From: a virus
Taxonomy: Duplodnaviria; Caudoviricetes
Length of the DNA: 64,000 bases
Direction: 5' to 3' (one strand)
Virus record (IMG/VR): IMGVR_UViG_3300008255_000137
Span: 3,502-67,501 of that record
Shown here: positions 45,532-54,242 of the stretch, one piece after another
How positions within the stretch are numbered: the first letter of the stretch is position 1
Layout of the letters: each line of letters opens with the position of its first letter
Translations under genes and position numbers: made by a program
Notes under the pieces: model-generated
The model's database searches: none
Told to the model about the DNA's origin: nothing
What the model saw: the letters and a program-made list of their open reading frames with translations, nothing else

Positions 45532-45777
45532 TTACAGAGATTTTTGTCTAATTGTACCACTTGTCCAATCATCACAAATTCCATACCGTTGAACTTCTCT
45601 ATTATCTATAAGAGCTTTGTACGTTTGAGCATAATGCTTTTCTCTGGACGCCCTGTCTGTCTTTACTGGTCGTTTTTTCATGGGATATTTTTGTGTACAA
45701 AATAAGGAATCATCATCATTATAAAGAAACTTGCAGTTATGGCATCCGTTTTTGTTTCTGTAGTTTTTCATAAGCAA
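45532..45777 (-). CDS. Small Cys-rich hypothetical protein
   Basis: CHNCKF..C..C. Confidence 0.55.
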   Translation of the reverse strand: MLMKNYRNKNGCHNCKFLYNDDDSLFCTQKYPMKKRPVKTDRASREKHYAQTYKALIDNREVQRYGICDDWTSGTIRQKSL

Positions 45778-45980
45778 TCCTCTGCTTCTTTCAATTCAAA
45801 CAATGCACAACTGAAATCTTCCAGTGCGTAAAATACGCCTATGTGCCCATCGTCAGTTAAACACGTAACCCAGGCCGTTTCGCCGTTATCACTATATGGG
45901 TCGTTGACTATCTTTTTACATAGACCACCCACAGTAGATATGCTGCCTTTATACCAGTATTTACACTCTTTACAGGTCAT
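45768..45980 (-). CDS. Small Cys-rich hypothetical protein
   Basis: MTCKECKYW..C..FSCALF. Confidence 0.6.
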   Translation of the reverse strand: MTCKECKYWYKGSISTVGGLCKKIVNDPYSDNGETAWVTCLTDDGHIGVFYALEDFSCALFELKEAEDCL

Positions 45981-46147
45981 ATTTTCCTCAGTTCATTAAA
46001 AAACCAACGCCATTGCCTTGCTTTTGCAAATTCTCTAAAGTCATGTTCAGTTTTATCTTCTAAGGTTGCCCGTACCATGCGGACTTCCTCTTTTGAGATA
46101 AGCAGATTTTTAACCTTCTTAATTTTAGGTTTTTTCCACAAGTTCAT
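45977..46147 (-). CDS. Small protein (56 aa) ending in the same WFFxELRKI as the upstream gene (not in ORF track)
   Basis: MNLWKKPKI...RQWRWFFNELRKI; ATGA overlaps at both ends. Confidence 0.55.
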   Translation of the reverse strand: MNLWKKPKIKKVKNLLISKEEVRMVRATLEDKTEHDFREFAKARQWRWFFNELRKI

Positions 46148-47040
46148 ATTTTCCTCAATTCATCAAAGAACCAATCCGTTGCCGGTCCCCGCATGGGATA
46201 GTCCACATGCGGATTCGGGATTTTATTGCCGAAAAACTCGTGGGAGTAAAGCCAGAAGTGGCCGTACTTTTCGAGATTCAGCTTGATATAACGGATTAGA
46301 TTTTGCTCCGTTTTAAGATATTCGCACCAGATGCCTGGACTCACTTTCGGGGAAACTTCCGCTTTTTTCCAACTTCGCTCCCACTTCCACCACTCCCAAC
46401 AATCAATACCTTTTTTGTATGTTTCTTCCGTAAAGTGGTGCAAGTCTCCGGGGAACTGCCGCATCGTCCAGCCGTATGAATACGGCATCTGTCCATGAAT
46501 AGGAATACCGGCTTGAACCAGATATTCCAGGATCAAATAGGCATGGACTTTCCAGAGGTCTTCCAGACCATAGTTCCGGCACTGGACACACCAGCACCGC
46601 TCGGTAGGCAGCTTGCCCTTATAAAATGGGACGATTTCCGATTTATATTGCGGAGGTGTAAGATGCTCCAAATCCCAGATCAACCCGTCCAGATGATGCT
46701 CCTGGTAAAAATCAACGGCAGGAGTCACGCGGGAACTGATGTAAGCACTGGAAGTTGGACATGGAGTTTTTCTTAGATAGCGGCCATCTTGAGTTTGCCA
46801 CTGCTGCGTATCGGGAACGGTGTAGTAGATTGGGTCTCGAACCCATAAGGGCACCAGAAAGATTTTACAGGACGCTTTGTACCGAGAAATAGTTTGAACG
46901 ACGATCTCCTTGGTATCGTAATATCCAGAGCTTTTTCCCCACGGCAGATCATGAGCGCACACCAACAGCGTGTCGATGCCGGAGTCGACCAGCTTGTCGA
47001 GAAACTCAAAGTTCGGCCAGAGGATGTAGGCTGCTTTCAT
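46144..47040 (-). CDS. Glycoside hydrolase-like TIM-barrel protein (start reassigned to MKAAYIL)
   Basis: TAATG coupling and GGAG RBS; LDGLIWDLEH. Confidence 0.5.
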   Translation of the reverse strand: MKAAYILWPNFEFLDKLVDSGIDTLLVCAHDLPWGKSSGYYDTKEIVVQTISRYKASCKIFLVPLWVRDPIYYTVPDTQQWQTQDGRYLRKTPCPTSSAYISSRVTPAVDFYQEHHLDGLIWDLEHLTPPQYKSEIVPFYKGKLPTERCWCVQCRNYGLEDLWKVHAYLILEYLVQAGIPIHGQMPYSYGWTMRQFPGDLHHFTEETYKKGIDCWEWWKWERSWKKAEVSPKVSPGIWCEYLKTEQNLIRYIKLNLEKYGHFWLYSHEFFGNKIPNPHVDYPMRGPATDWFFDELRKI

Positions 47041-47351
47041 TACTCCTCCGTTATGGTCATTTGAACATCTTTTTCCCACTTATTATTCAAGCTGGTTAAA
47101 GCCTTGAACGTTATCTTGTAAGGGGAGCTTGCTTCTGAGCCTGCCTGAACCCTTATCTGAAGAGCACTTCCACTGACTGCTTTTGATCCTGATCCAAGAA
47201 CAGTGCTTGAAGCATCCGCTCCATCTACATCGGCAGCAGTCACTTCACAACTGGCCAGAACCAAAGTTTCATCTGTCTCCATGTTATTTTCAAAGTTGGC
47301 TGAAATAATCATGGACTCATAACTTTGTTTGGTAAAATTCTCAAGAGCCAT
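47040..47351 (-). CDS. Small virion adaptor-like protein following the fibre-like gene
   Basis: FTKQSYE..ISANF..QIRVQAG..YKITFKALT..WEKD; short beta-sandwich pattern typical of proteins downstream of phage fibres. Confidence 0.5.
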   Translation of the reverse strand: MALENFTKQSYESMIISANFENNMETDETLVLASCEVTAADVDGADASSTVLGSGSKAVSGSALQIRVQAGSEASSPYKITFKALTSLNNKWEKDVQMTITEE

Positions 47352-47362
47352 TTTCTCTTCCT

Positions 47363-50152
47363 TTAAGAATCATATAGTTCGGTTGTTACTTCTGATCGGT
47401 AGAATTCTTTTGTTACTTCTGATCGGTAGAATTCTTTTGTTACTTCTGATCGGTAGAATTCATAATTCACGGGAGCAAATGAGACTGAACTAATAGAATA
47501 AGAACTACTGCTGCTTGACAAACTGCTCTTTGAGGAACTTGAACTGCTTGAGAATGAGCTACTGGAAGAACTGATACTTAAAGAATTACTGCTACTGGAG
47601 GAGATGCTGTTAGAAGAAGAACTTGAACTGGAAGAAATTGAGATGGAAGAAGAACTACTGGAACTACTTGAAATTGAACTACTGCTGGAACTTGAAAGGG
47701 AACTGGAGGATGAACTTGATGAACTTTTACAACTACTTGAGGAACTGGATATTGAACTTGATGAAGAACTGCTTAAACTAAAGGAACTGGAGGAAGAAGA
47801 ACTACTGGACGATAGAGAAAAACTACTGGAACTGCTGTGGGAAGAAGAGTTTGAGGATGAGGAGGATGAAGAATATGAGCTTGAACTTGATGAAGAACTG
47901 GTGGAACTACTGGAGGAGGAACTGGAGGAGGAACTGGAATAGCTTGAAGAAGAAATTGAACTACTCGAACTTGAACTGCTTAACGAACTACTTGATGATG
48001 AACTTAAACTACTTGAAGAGGATGAGGATGAAAAACTTATCGATTCAGAAAAGGAACTGAATGAAGAACTGGAGCTTGATTTACTACTTGACGAAGAAGA
48101 TACCGAAAAAACCGAACTGGAAGAGGAGGAGGATAAAGACAAACAACTGGAACTACTACTTGAAGAACTTGATCGACTTGAGGATGAGCTACTACTTTTT
48201 GAACTCGAACTACTTGAAATAGAACTTGAAGAAGAGAAAGATATACTACTGGAAGAGGAGGAACTGCTGCTAAAAGAGGATGAAGATGAAGAAGATTTAC
48301 TACTACTTGAACTGGATGAAGATTGAGAACTTGATGAGGAACTACTTGAAAAAGAAGAGCTTGAACTTGAAGAAGAACTTGAAGAACTTTTACAGGATGA
48401 GGAAGAGGAGGAGCTTTTACTTGATGAGGAGCTACTGCTTCTTGAGCTTGAAGAAGAAGATAAACTACTACTTGAAGAAGAAGATAAACTACTACTTGAG
48501 GATGAAGAAATACTACTGGATGATGATATGGATGAACTACTTGAGGATGATATGCTACTCGATGAAGAGCTTGATGAAGAACTGGATGACCGAGAACTGG
48601 AACTTGAGCTACTTAAACTTGAAGAACTTGAACTTGATTGAGAAGACGAGCTTGAACTTGATCTACAAGAGCTTGAGGAACTACTCTTTGAGCTTGATGA
48701 ACTGCTTGATAAACTACTACTTGAATGAGAACTGGAACTGGAAGAAGAAAGAGAACTTGATGAACTGCTACTTAGAGACGATGAGGATACAGATGAAGAA
48801 GAAGAGCTTGATACTGAACTACTTGAAGACGAACTATAACTTGAGGACGAGCTTGAAAGCGAACTTGAACTGGATGAGGATAGACTTGAACTTGATGAAG
48901 ATGAGCTTGAGTTAGATGAAGATGAGGAAGAGCTTATCGAGCTTGAAGATGAACTACTGCTGCTGGAAGAAACACTCGATGATGAGGAAGATAAACTTGA
49001 AGAACTACTACTTGAACTTGACGATTGGCTTGATGAGGATGATGAACTGGAAGATATACTATTGCTACTACTGGAAGATATTGAACTGCTACTGCTTGAA
49101 CTGTAACTTGAAGAACTGGAAGAAATACTTGATGATGAAATGGAACTACTACTTGAACTTGATATAGAGCTTGAAGACAAGGACGAAGACGACCTGGAAC
49201 TTGAGCTACTACTCGAATTTGAACTGGATGAAGAAGAGGATTTTGAGCTTGAGGACGAAGACGAGGATATGCTGCTACTTGAGGAACTTGACTGAGAAGA
49301 ACTCGAAGATGAGGAAAATGAAGAGCTTGATGATGAAGAACTAATACTACTGGAAGAAGAGGACGAAAGTGAACTCGACGATCGACTACTTGAAGAACTT
49401 GAAGACTGACTACTCGAACTTGAAGAGGAAAGAGAAGAACTGGAACTGCTTATAGAACTTGAAGACGAGCTACTTTGAGAACTCGATGAAGACGACCGGC
49501 TCGATGACGATGAACTTAAACTCGAAGAACTTGAATTTGAAGAACTACTCGCCGCCTCATTCAAATCCAGGTTCTGGATGAAGCTGTTGTTGGTTACGGC
49601 CCATTCTACATTTGCAGACTGAATTGCATAAAGCAAATCGTAATCGTTCTGCTCTCCGACACTACTGTCGATAGATAAGGTTTCCTGTAGCGTCCCGGTG
49701 TGGCTTCCGGTTCGGATTTCGGCGGTAAGCTGTCCGGTGCTGTTTACTCCGGCATCATCGTCCCTCGGCATGGTAATGAAATACAACACGTCAGCAGACG
49801 ATCCAAACGACTCGATATCACCAATTTCCACTCCGGCTTCTAAAATACCAAGAAAAAGGCCCTCGCTGTACTGAAAAATAACTCCGTCACTGCTCGGATT
49901 TTCGTACTGACCCATATAATCATCCGGGCCGCCATTCATCAGCGTCAGAAAATTAAAAAAACCGTTTACTACGCCATACTGCACCTCAAATTGAAGATTG
50001 AAATCTCCACCAAAATAACCGGAACCGAAGTCATAGTAGGTATAAGCATCCTCATCATTGCCAAGGTCCGTCGCCGTGACCCTAGTCATGGTCTTGGCAA
50101 TATGACTGTTCGGGTCAACCTCGGTATATGTTGTGAAGTCCTGGTAGGCCAT
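47363..50152 (-). CDS. Giant poly-serine protein: ~200-aa globular (ConA-like) head, ~690-aa poly-Ser tract, 3x EFYRSEVT C-terminal repeat
   Basis: One continuous 929-aa ORF, coupled to the upstream gene. Confidence 0.85.
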   Translation of the reverse strand: MAYQDFTTYTEVDPNSHIAKTMTRVTATDLGNDEDAYTYYDFGSGYFGGDFNLQFEVQYGVVNGFFNFLTLMNGGPDDYMGQYENPSSDGVIFQYSEGLFLGILEAGVEIGDIESFGSSADVLYFITMPRDDDAGVNSTGQLTAEIRTGSHTGTLQETLSIDSSVGEQNDYDLLYAIQSANVEWAVTNNSFIQNLDLNEAASSSSNSSSSSLSSSSSSRSSSSSSQSSSSSSSISSSSSSLSSSSSSSQSSSSSSSRSSSSLSSSSSSSISSSSSSSSFSSSSSSSQSSSSSSSISSSSSSSSKSSSSSSSNSSSSSSSRSSSSLSSSSISSSSSSSISSSSISSSSSSYSSSSSSSISSSSSNSISSSSSSSSSQSSSSSSSSSSLSSSSSSVSSSSSSSSSSSISSSSSSSNSSSSSSSSSLSSSSSSSLSSSSSSYSSSSSSSVSSSSSSSVSSSSLSSSSSSSLSSSSSSSHSSSSLSSSSSSSKSSSSSSCRSSSSSSSQSSSSSSSLSSSSSSSRSSSSSSSSSSSSISSSSSSSISSSSSISSSSSSSLSSSSSSSLSSSSSSRSSSSSSSKSSSSSSSCKSSSSSSSSSSSSFSSSSSSSSQSSSSSSSSKSSSSSSSFSSSSSSSSSISFSSSSSISSSSSSKSSSSSSSRSSSSSSSSSCLSLSSSSSSSVFSVSSSSSSKSSSSSSFSSFSESISFSSSSSSSSLSSSSSSSLSSSSSSSSISSSSYSSSSSSSSSSSSTSSSSSSSSYSSSSSSSNSSSHSSSSSFSLSSSSSSSSSSFSLSSSSSSSISSSSSSCKSSSSSSSSSLSSSSSSSISSSSSSSSSISISSSSSSSSNSISSSSSNSLSISSSSSSFSSSSSSSKSSLSSSSSSYSISSVSFAPVNYEFYRSEVTKEFYRSEVTKEFYRSEVTTELYDS
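47384..47461. repeat. 27-bp tandem repeat x3 (encodes EFYRSEVTK)
   Basis: tgttacttctgatcggtagaattcttt at 47384, 47411 and 47438 (third copy partial). Confidence 0.95.
47480..49549 (-). repeat. Poly-serine coding tract (~690 aa, residues 202-891)
   Basis: Ser runs broken by single I/L/R/K/N/Q/Y/F/C/V residues; both AGY and TCN codons used. Confidence 0.97.
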
Positions 50153-50518
50153 TTAGATATTATCCAAATCCGGCTCCCAGGCCGTTGAAGTAAAGAACTG
50201 CTTGCGCTGAACGCCTATCTGCTCGGACACTTTCTGATTCATCGGTCGCCATCTTTTTAAAATAAAGTCCGCTTGTTCGGCCTCGGTCAGTCGTGGTTTG
50301 TAAGGATACAGTGCCTTGAGCTTTGCCGGAATCTTAATGGCTTCGGACGAGAAAACCTTGGGAGCTTGTTCGGGTGCGTAGCCATTATCATACTGATCCC
50401 GAGTCAGTCCAAACTTCCGCCAATCCCGAAACAAGTTGTGTAGAAGCCTCAGCTTTTCTTGCATCCGATAAAGATACTCTGTTCGTTCTCTTGGTGTGTT
50501 GCAATCTGCTGGATACAT
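50153..50518 (-). CDS. Hypothetical protein
   Basis: 121-aa ORF coupled on both sides. Confidence 0.6.
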   Translation of the reverse strand: MYPADCNTPRERTEYLYRMQEKLRLLHNLFRDWRKFGLTRDQYDNGYAPEQAPKVFSSEAIKIPAKLKALYPYKPRLTEAEQADFILKRWRPMNQKVSEQIGVQRKQFFTSTAWEPDLDNI

Positions 50519-50522
50519 CTAT

Positions 50523-50831
50523 CTACCCTCCATACTCATAGTGATTGCCGTCGTTGTGTCGACCTCCCCATTTCATCCCCTGCTTTTCCCACCACTCCCC
50601 AAGGCATCGGTGACTCTCGGTGTCGGTGAGATATTCCCCGGTCTTCCGGTCGTAGAGATTCAAATCGATTGCCAACCCCTCGTGGTGCTTGCTCTGTAGG
50701 CTTCCATAGGGGCACCGCTGATCCCGGAAGACATCTCCTATCGAAATATCAAAACCAAGCTCGAAGGCCATGTCGACCAGCCTTGGAACCATCCGGCTGA
50801 AGGCTATTCTTTTTTCTTTGAGCGTTGCCAT
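50523..50831 (-). CDS. Endolysin, peptidase M15C-like
   Basis: SKHHEGLAIDLN..KWGGRHNDGNHYE (Zn ligands H, D, H). Confidence 0.85.
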   Translation of the reverse strand: MATLKEKRIAFSRMVPRLVDMAFELGFDISIGDVFRDQRCPYGSLQSKHHEGLAIDLNLYDRKTGEYLTDTESHRCLGEWWEKQGMKWGGRHNDGNHYEYGG

Positions 50832-51007
50832 GAGTGCCTTTCAATTTTGTCCAAAATCTCGTCCGTGCAGTCGATGACATTGATCTCGTCTATGTGCGGG
50901 CACCGGAGCTTGATCTCCCAGTAAAGGTCGCTTCGTCCCCGCTTCGGCAGCTTTTCGATCCTCTTTCCGCAGTGGGGACATATCTTAGCTTCCTCCGGTC
51001 CGGTCAT
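50804..51007 (-). CDS. Hypothetical protein
   Basis: CPHCG motif; overlaps neighbours. Confidence 0.4.
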   Translation of the reverse strand: MTGPEEAKICPHCGKRIEKLPKRGRSDLYWEIKLRCPHIDEINVIDCTDEILDKIERHSWQRSKKKE

Positions 51008-51287
51008 TGGACCGTCTCAACTGCTTCTTTATCTCAACGATGCTTTCCTTCATTTGCCGGACCTCCACATTCTGCGTCTCAACCTTTGCGCTCAACGCTC
51101 CGATCTGGTCGGACAATTTGCTCTGGGTCGCCAGAATGTTGCTCCCAAAGAAAAGCAGCACAGCCCCCAATCCTCCGAGGACCAGCGAGAACGTGAGCCA
51201 GGGGACCCGCTTCCGCATGTCTGCCCAGATAATGTCCAGCTTCCTATCAACGGGATCACAGGGGACCTTGCATTCTCCATCAACCAT
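50985..51287 (-). CDS. Single-TM coiled-coil protein (holin/antiholin-like)
   Basis: TM segment WLTFSLVLGGLGAVLLFFG then coiled coil; just upstream of the endolysin. Confidence 0.55.
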   Translation of the reverse strand: MVDGECKVPCDPVDRKLDIIWADMRKRVPWLTFSLVLGGLGAVLLFFGSNILATQSKLSDQIGALSAKVETQNVEVRQMKESIVEIKKQLRRSNDRTGGS

Positions 51288-52224
51288 TTTTATTCTCCTT
51301 TATCCACCACCTTTCTTTGAGTATATTTTCATCTTTTGTTTCTTCATACTCCTTTAATATTTTGTATTCGGAAGACATAAATCTTTCATCCAAATACTCA
51401 GTTTCAGGCGGTGCTTTTCTATACCTGTAGGAATAACCCAACTCACCATGAATATGCCTGAATCCTACTATATCAAACCAAGTTCCTCCTTTAACATGAA
51501 GTTGAGTATTAAATGGATTCTTTTCCGGATAAGCAATTTTCACTTTGCAACTTTCTGCCGCAAAGGCCATTCTCCCTTCACAATTTCCCATCTCCATACA
51601 GGTTCTTTCATAATTCTCAAATGGAACAAAATTCTCTTCAAAGTGTTTCATCATCTTCAACAATGCTTCTCTTTTAACCAGCATTCCTGTAGTATTTAAA
51701 ACGGGTCTGCCTCCATTCACTTCATACCCGACTGGAAGAAGATCAGCATCCCCAAGAAGATCAAACAACCGATCAAAATTTTCCGGCTTCTCAAGAATGC
51801 AATCTCCATTTGCACAATAGATGTATTCAAACCCACTTACCACAGCAATTCCAAACTTCAACAACCAGAAATAAGGATAAAGCACCCCTCCCCATGTCTG
51901 ATGATGAGGCATTACAAAAGTATCTACTTTATCCATTACGTCTCTGGGCGGCATCACATCATTGAAGGTCACTTGAGGTCTTTGTGGATCGAAATAATTG
52001 TCATAAGCAAGAACTACCCAGTATCCGGTTCTTGAGTGGGTTTCTATAGAGGCTTTTAAGAAGGCTCGATTTCCCGGGTGAGAAGTTAAAAGAATGCCTG
52101 TATTCTTTAAGGCTCTTTTCGCCCACTCATCGCATTCCATGTATCTTCTCAGCAGTTCTCGAAAATCATTTTTGTCCTGCTCAGAATATCTTGGATCATC
52201 CAGATCGCTTCTTCTAAAGCCCAT
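51280..52224 (-). CDS. Putative GT-A glycosyltransferase-like protein (NGDC motif)
   Basis: ILLTSHPG..VLAYDN..IYCANGDCILEK; paralog of the next gene. Confidence 0.55.
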   Translation of the reverse strand: MGFRRSDLDDPRYSEQDKNDFRELLRRYMECDEWAKRALKNTGILLTSHPGNRAFLKASIETHSRTGYWVVLAYDNYFDPQRPQVTFNDVMPPRDVMDKVDTFVMPHHQTWGGVLYPYFWLLKFGIAVVSGFEYIYCANGDCILEKPENFDRLFDLLGDADLLPVGYEVNGGRPVLNTTGMLVKREALLKMMKHFEENFVPFENYERTCMEMGNCEGRMAFAAESCKVKIAYPEKNPFNTQLHVKGGTWFDIVGFRHIHGELGYSYRYRKAPPETEYLDERFMSSEYKILKEYEETKDENILKERWWIKENKNG

Positions 52225-53251
52225 TTTTCTCTCTTTCTACAAATTCATTGTATCTCTCAAGTGGGTAATAGAATCTATCCCACCAACTATCCTCTGACTG
52301 ATCCCACAGTTGATAAATGTATCTTCTGTCTCCTGTTTCATAATATTTTTTCAAGGGGTCCTGTCCGCCAGTGGAAAGATATTTTGAGTATCTCATATCA
52401 AAGAACTTTCTTTCTACAGGCTCCCTTCTTTCAATGGCGGCGGTCAAGTACTCTGCTGAAAGATTTCTATATCCCACCAATTTCTTCCAAGTACTATTTT
52501 GATTGTATCTTGAATAGTGATCCACACTATTTATATCGGGCTCCATGGGCTGCTCCGGAGCCACAGTTTCCTTTAAATCTAAAACTCTAATGGCCTCATC
52601 CAAAATAATTTCAGGACTATGAAAAGACATCACGGATACGTTATAAAAATTGCAAAAGTATTCCACTATTTTAAAAAGGGCTTCTGCCTTAAAAAGAATG
52701 GCACAGGTGTGAATAGTATTCCTCTCTCTGGAAACGGACATCAAATCCCCATCTCCGAGTACATCAATTAAATCTTGTATTCCTTCCGATTTCTCCCAAA
52801 TACAATCTCCATTTACAGTAAAGATGTATTCCAGATTAGAAAAACTGGATAACGCTCCAGCCGCATAAATTATATCAAAAAACCAACCTACCCTTTTTTC
52901 ATTGTCATAGGTAGGGTGCTTAAACACCCATGAATGAGGAAGAAGAAAAACATCTGGAGTCGGAAAAATATCTTTCAACTCCGTATTTTTTATATTCCAG
53001 TATTTAAGAGGATTATCATAAGCACAAATCACAAAGGCCCCCGATAATCGATAATTAGTTAAGGTTGCTTTTAAGAAAGGAAGATGTCCATGCCAGGAAG
53101 TCACAATGATTGCAACTTTCTTCTCAAAAGGAACACAATTATAATTCAAACTCAAATCCCCCCAATTTGGTCTCAAATCAAATCTGCTCGCATTAGGAGT
53201 ATGATTGAATGGAAGAATACCACTTATTTTCTTTTCTTCTTCGGAGATCAT
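52214..53251 (-). CDS. Putative GT-A glycosyltransferase-like protein (NGDC motif)
   Basis: IIVTSWHGH..ICAYDN..IFTVNGDCIWEK. Confidence 0.55.
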   Translation of the reverse strand: MISEEEKKISGILPFNHTPNASRFDLRPNWGDLSLNYNCVPFEKKVAIIVTSWHGHLPFLKATLTNYRLSGAFVICAYDNPLKYWNIKNTELKDIFPTPDVFLLPHSWVFKHPTYDNEKRVGWFFDIIYAAGALSSFSNLEYIFTVNGDCIWEKSEGIQDLIDVLGDGDLMSVSRERNTIHTCAILFKAEALFKIVEYFCNFYNVSVMSFHSPEIILDEAIRVLDLKETVAPEQPMEPDINSVDHYSRYNQNSTWKKLVGYRNLSAEYLTAAIERREPVERKFFDMRYSKYLSTGGQDPLKKYYETGDRRYIYQLWDQSEDSWWDRFYYPLERYNEFVEREKNGL

Positions 53252-53553
53252 TTCTTAACCTTCTGAATTAAAGTATCATAATTTTTCTTTGCTTCCTCCA
53301 ATTGTACTTCCAGTTTCCTGTATTCTTCTTTATCATCTAAATTGAGCCATTTAGAACAATCCCTGTCTCCATTTCTATCTTCAAGTTGCCACATTCTTTG
53401 ATATACCTGAGCAATTGAATCAGAAAGAATCTTCATATCAAGTCTCATCTCAATATGCTTAACCTCCTCAGCCTTAGCAAAGTAGTTTATTGCCCCAACT
53501 ATTGAACCAGCCAAAGCTATAACTAAAATAACGAACTGAAGTTTTTCTTTCAT
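53248..53553 (-). CDS. N-terminal TM plus coiled-coil protein
   Basis: LQFVILVIALAGSIVGAINYF. Confidence 0.5.
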   Translation of the reverse strand: MKEKLQFVILVIALAGSIVGAINYFAKAEEVKHIEMRLDMKILSDSIAQVYQRMWQLEDRNGDRDCSKWLNLDDKEEYRKLEVQLEEAKKNYDTLIQKVKK

Positions 53554-53605
53554 TTAAAATTTCCCATCAAAATATTTTCTGATAGTGAATGAAGATTTAA
53601 CTTCT

Positions 53606-54241
53606 TCATGACTTATACCCTGGTTGATCCAACAACTTCTTTCTTATCATTGTTAATCCCACATTCCATGCCGAGTGTGGAAAAGTAAAAACATTCCATA
53701 AGTCTTCTCTTCCTTCTAAAAACTTTCTCAAACGATAAACATCTCCACATCGACTCGGTCCTAAATACTCATCATTCAGTGGCATTGTGTCATGAAGAAA
53801 AATATAACCACCAGGAACAGTCAATTCAAAAGCATTATCAAAATCCCTTTTCACTTGAAGAAATTCATGTTCACCATCAATAAAAGTCAAAGCAATAGGA
53901 GTGAATTTTATATTCTTGAAAAAATTATCGGATGAATTACAAATAATTACTGCATCATCATTAAAATATCCTCCTACTGTTTTACAATTCTCAATAACAC
54001 TTCTCTGGATATCACAATGATATACTTTTCGATGATATTTTTTAGCAAGCCAGGAAAGATAAATTGAGGTTTCACAGACTCCAACTTCAATAATATCTCC
54101 CTTAATATAATGAAGAACAAAGTCAGAAAGCATTCCGAATAATCCCCATCTCTCCCATTTGATGTTCTCAGAATATGGAAAGGACTTCCAAGAAGAAGGA
54201 TTTACATAATCCATCAATTCTCTTGATCCGGGGTGCTCCAC
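53606..54241 (-). CDS. Class I SAM O-methyltransferase (Methyltransf_24/TylF-like)
   Basis: IIEVGVCE, FIDGEH, IFLHD. Confidence 0.85.
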   Translation of the reverse strand: MEHPGSRELMDYVNPSSWKSFPYSENIKWERWGLFGMLSDFVLHYIKGDIIEVGVCETSIYLSWLAKKYHRKVYHCDIQRSVIENCKTVGGYFNDDAVIICNSSDNFFKNIKFTPIALTFIDGEHEFLQVKRDFDNAFELTVPGGYIFLHDTMPLNDEYLGPSRCGDVYRLRKFLEGREDLWNVFTFPHSAWNVGLTMIRKKLLDQPGYKS

Positions 54242-54242
54242 T

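Noticed and set aside
47384-47461. 27-bp repeat considered as a mini-CRISPR array
   Set aside because: The copies are head-to-tail with no spacers, in frame within a CDS, and there are no cas genes.
47604-49167. Plus-strand ORFs rich in L/E/D or M/K/N (also 30461-30712 and 33765-34241)
   Set aside because: These are antisense shadows of the poly-Ser codons. They have no RBS, and they oppose genome-wide minus-strand coding.
47480-49549. Poly-Ser tract as an assembly or slippage artefact
   Set aside because: There is no exact nucleotide periodicity, the codons are heterogeneous, the frame is intact, and independent tracts occur in two other genes. Long reads are still needed to be certain.
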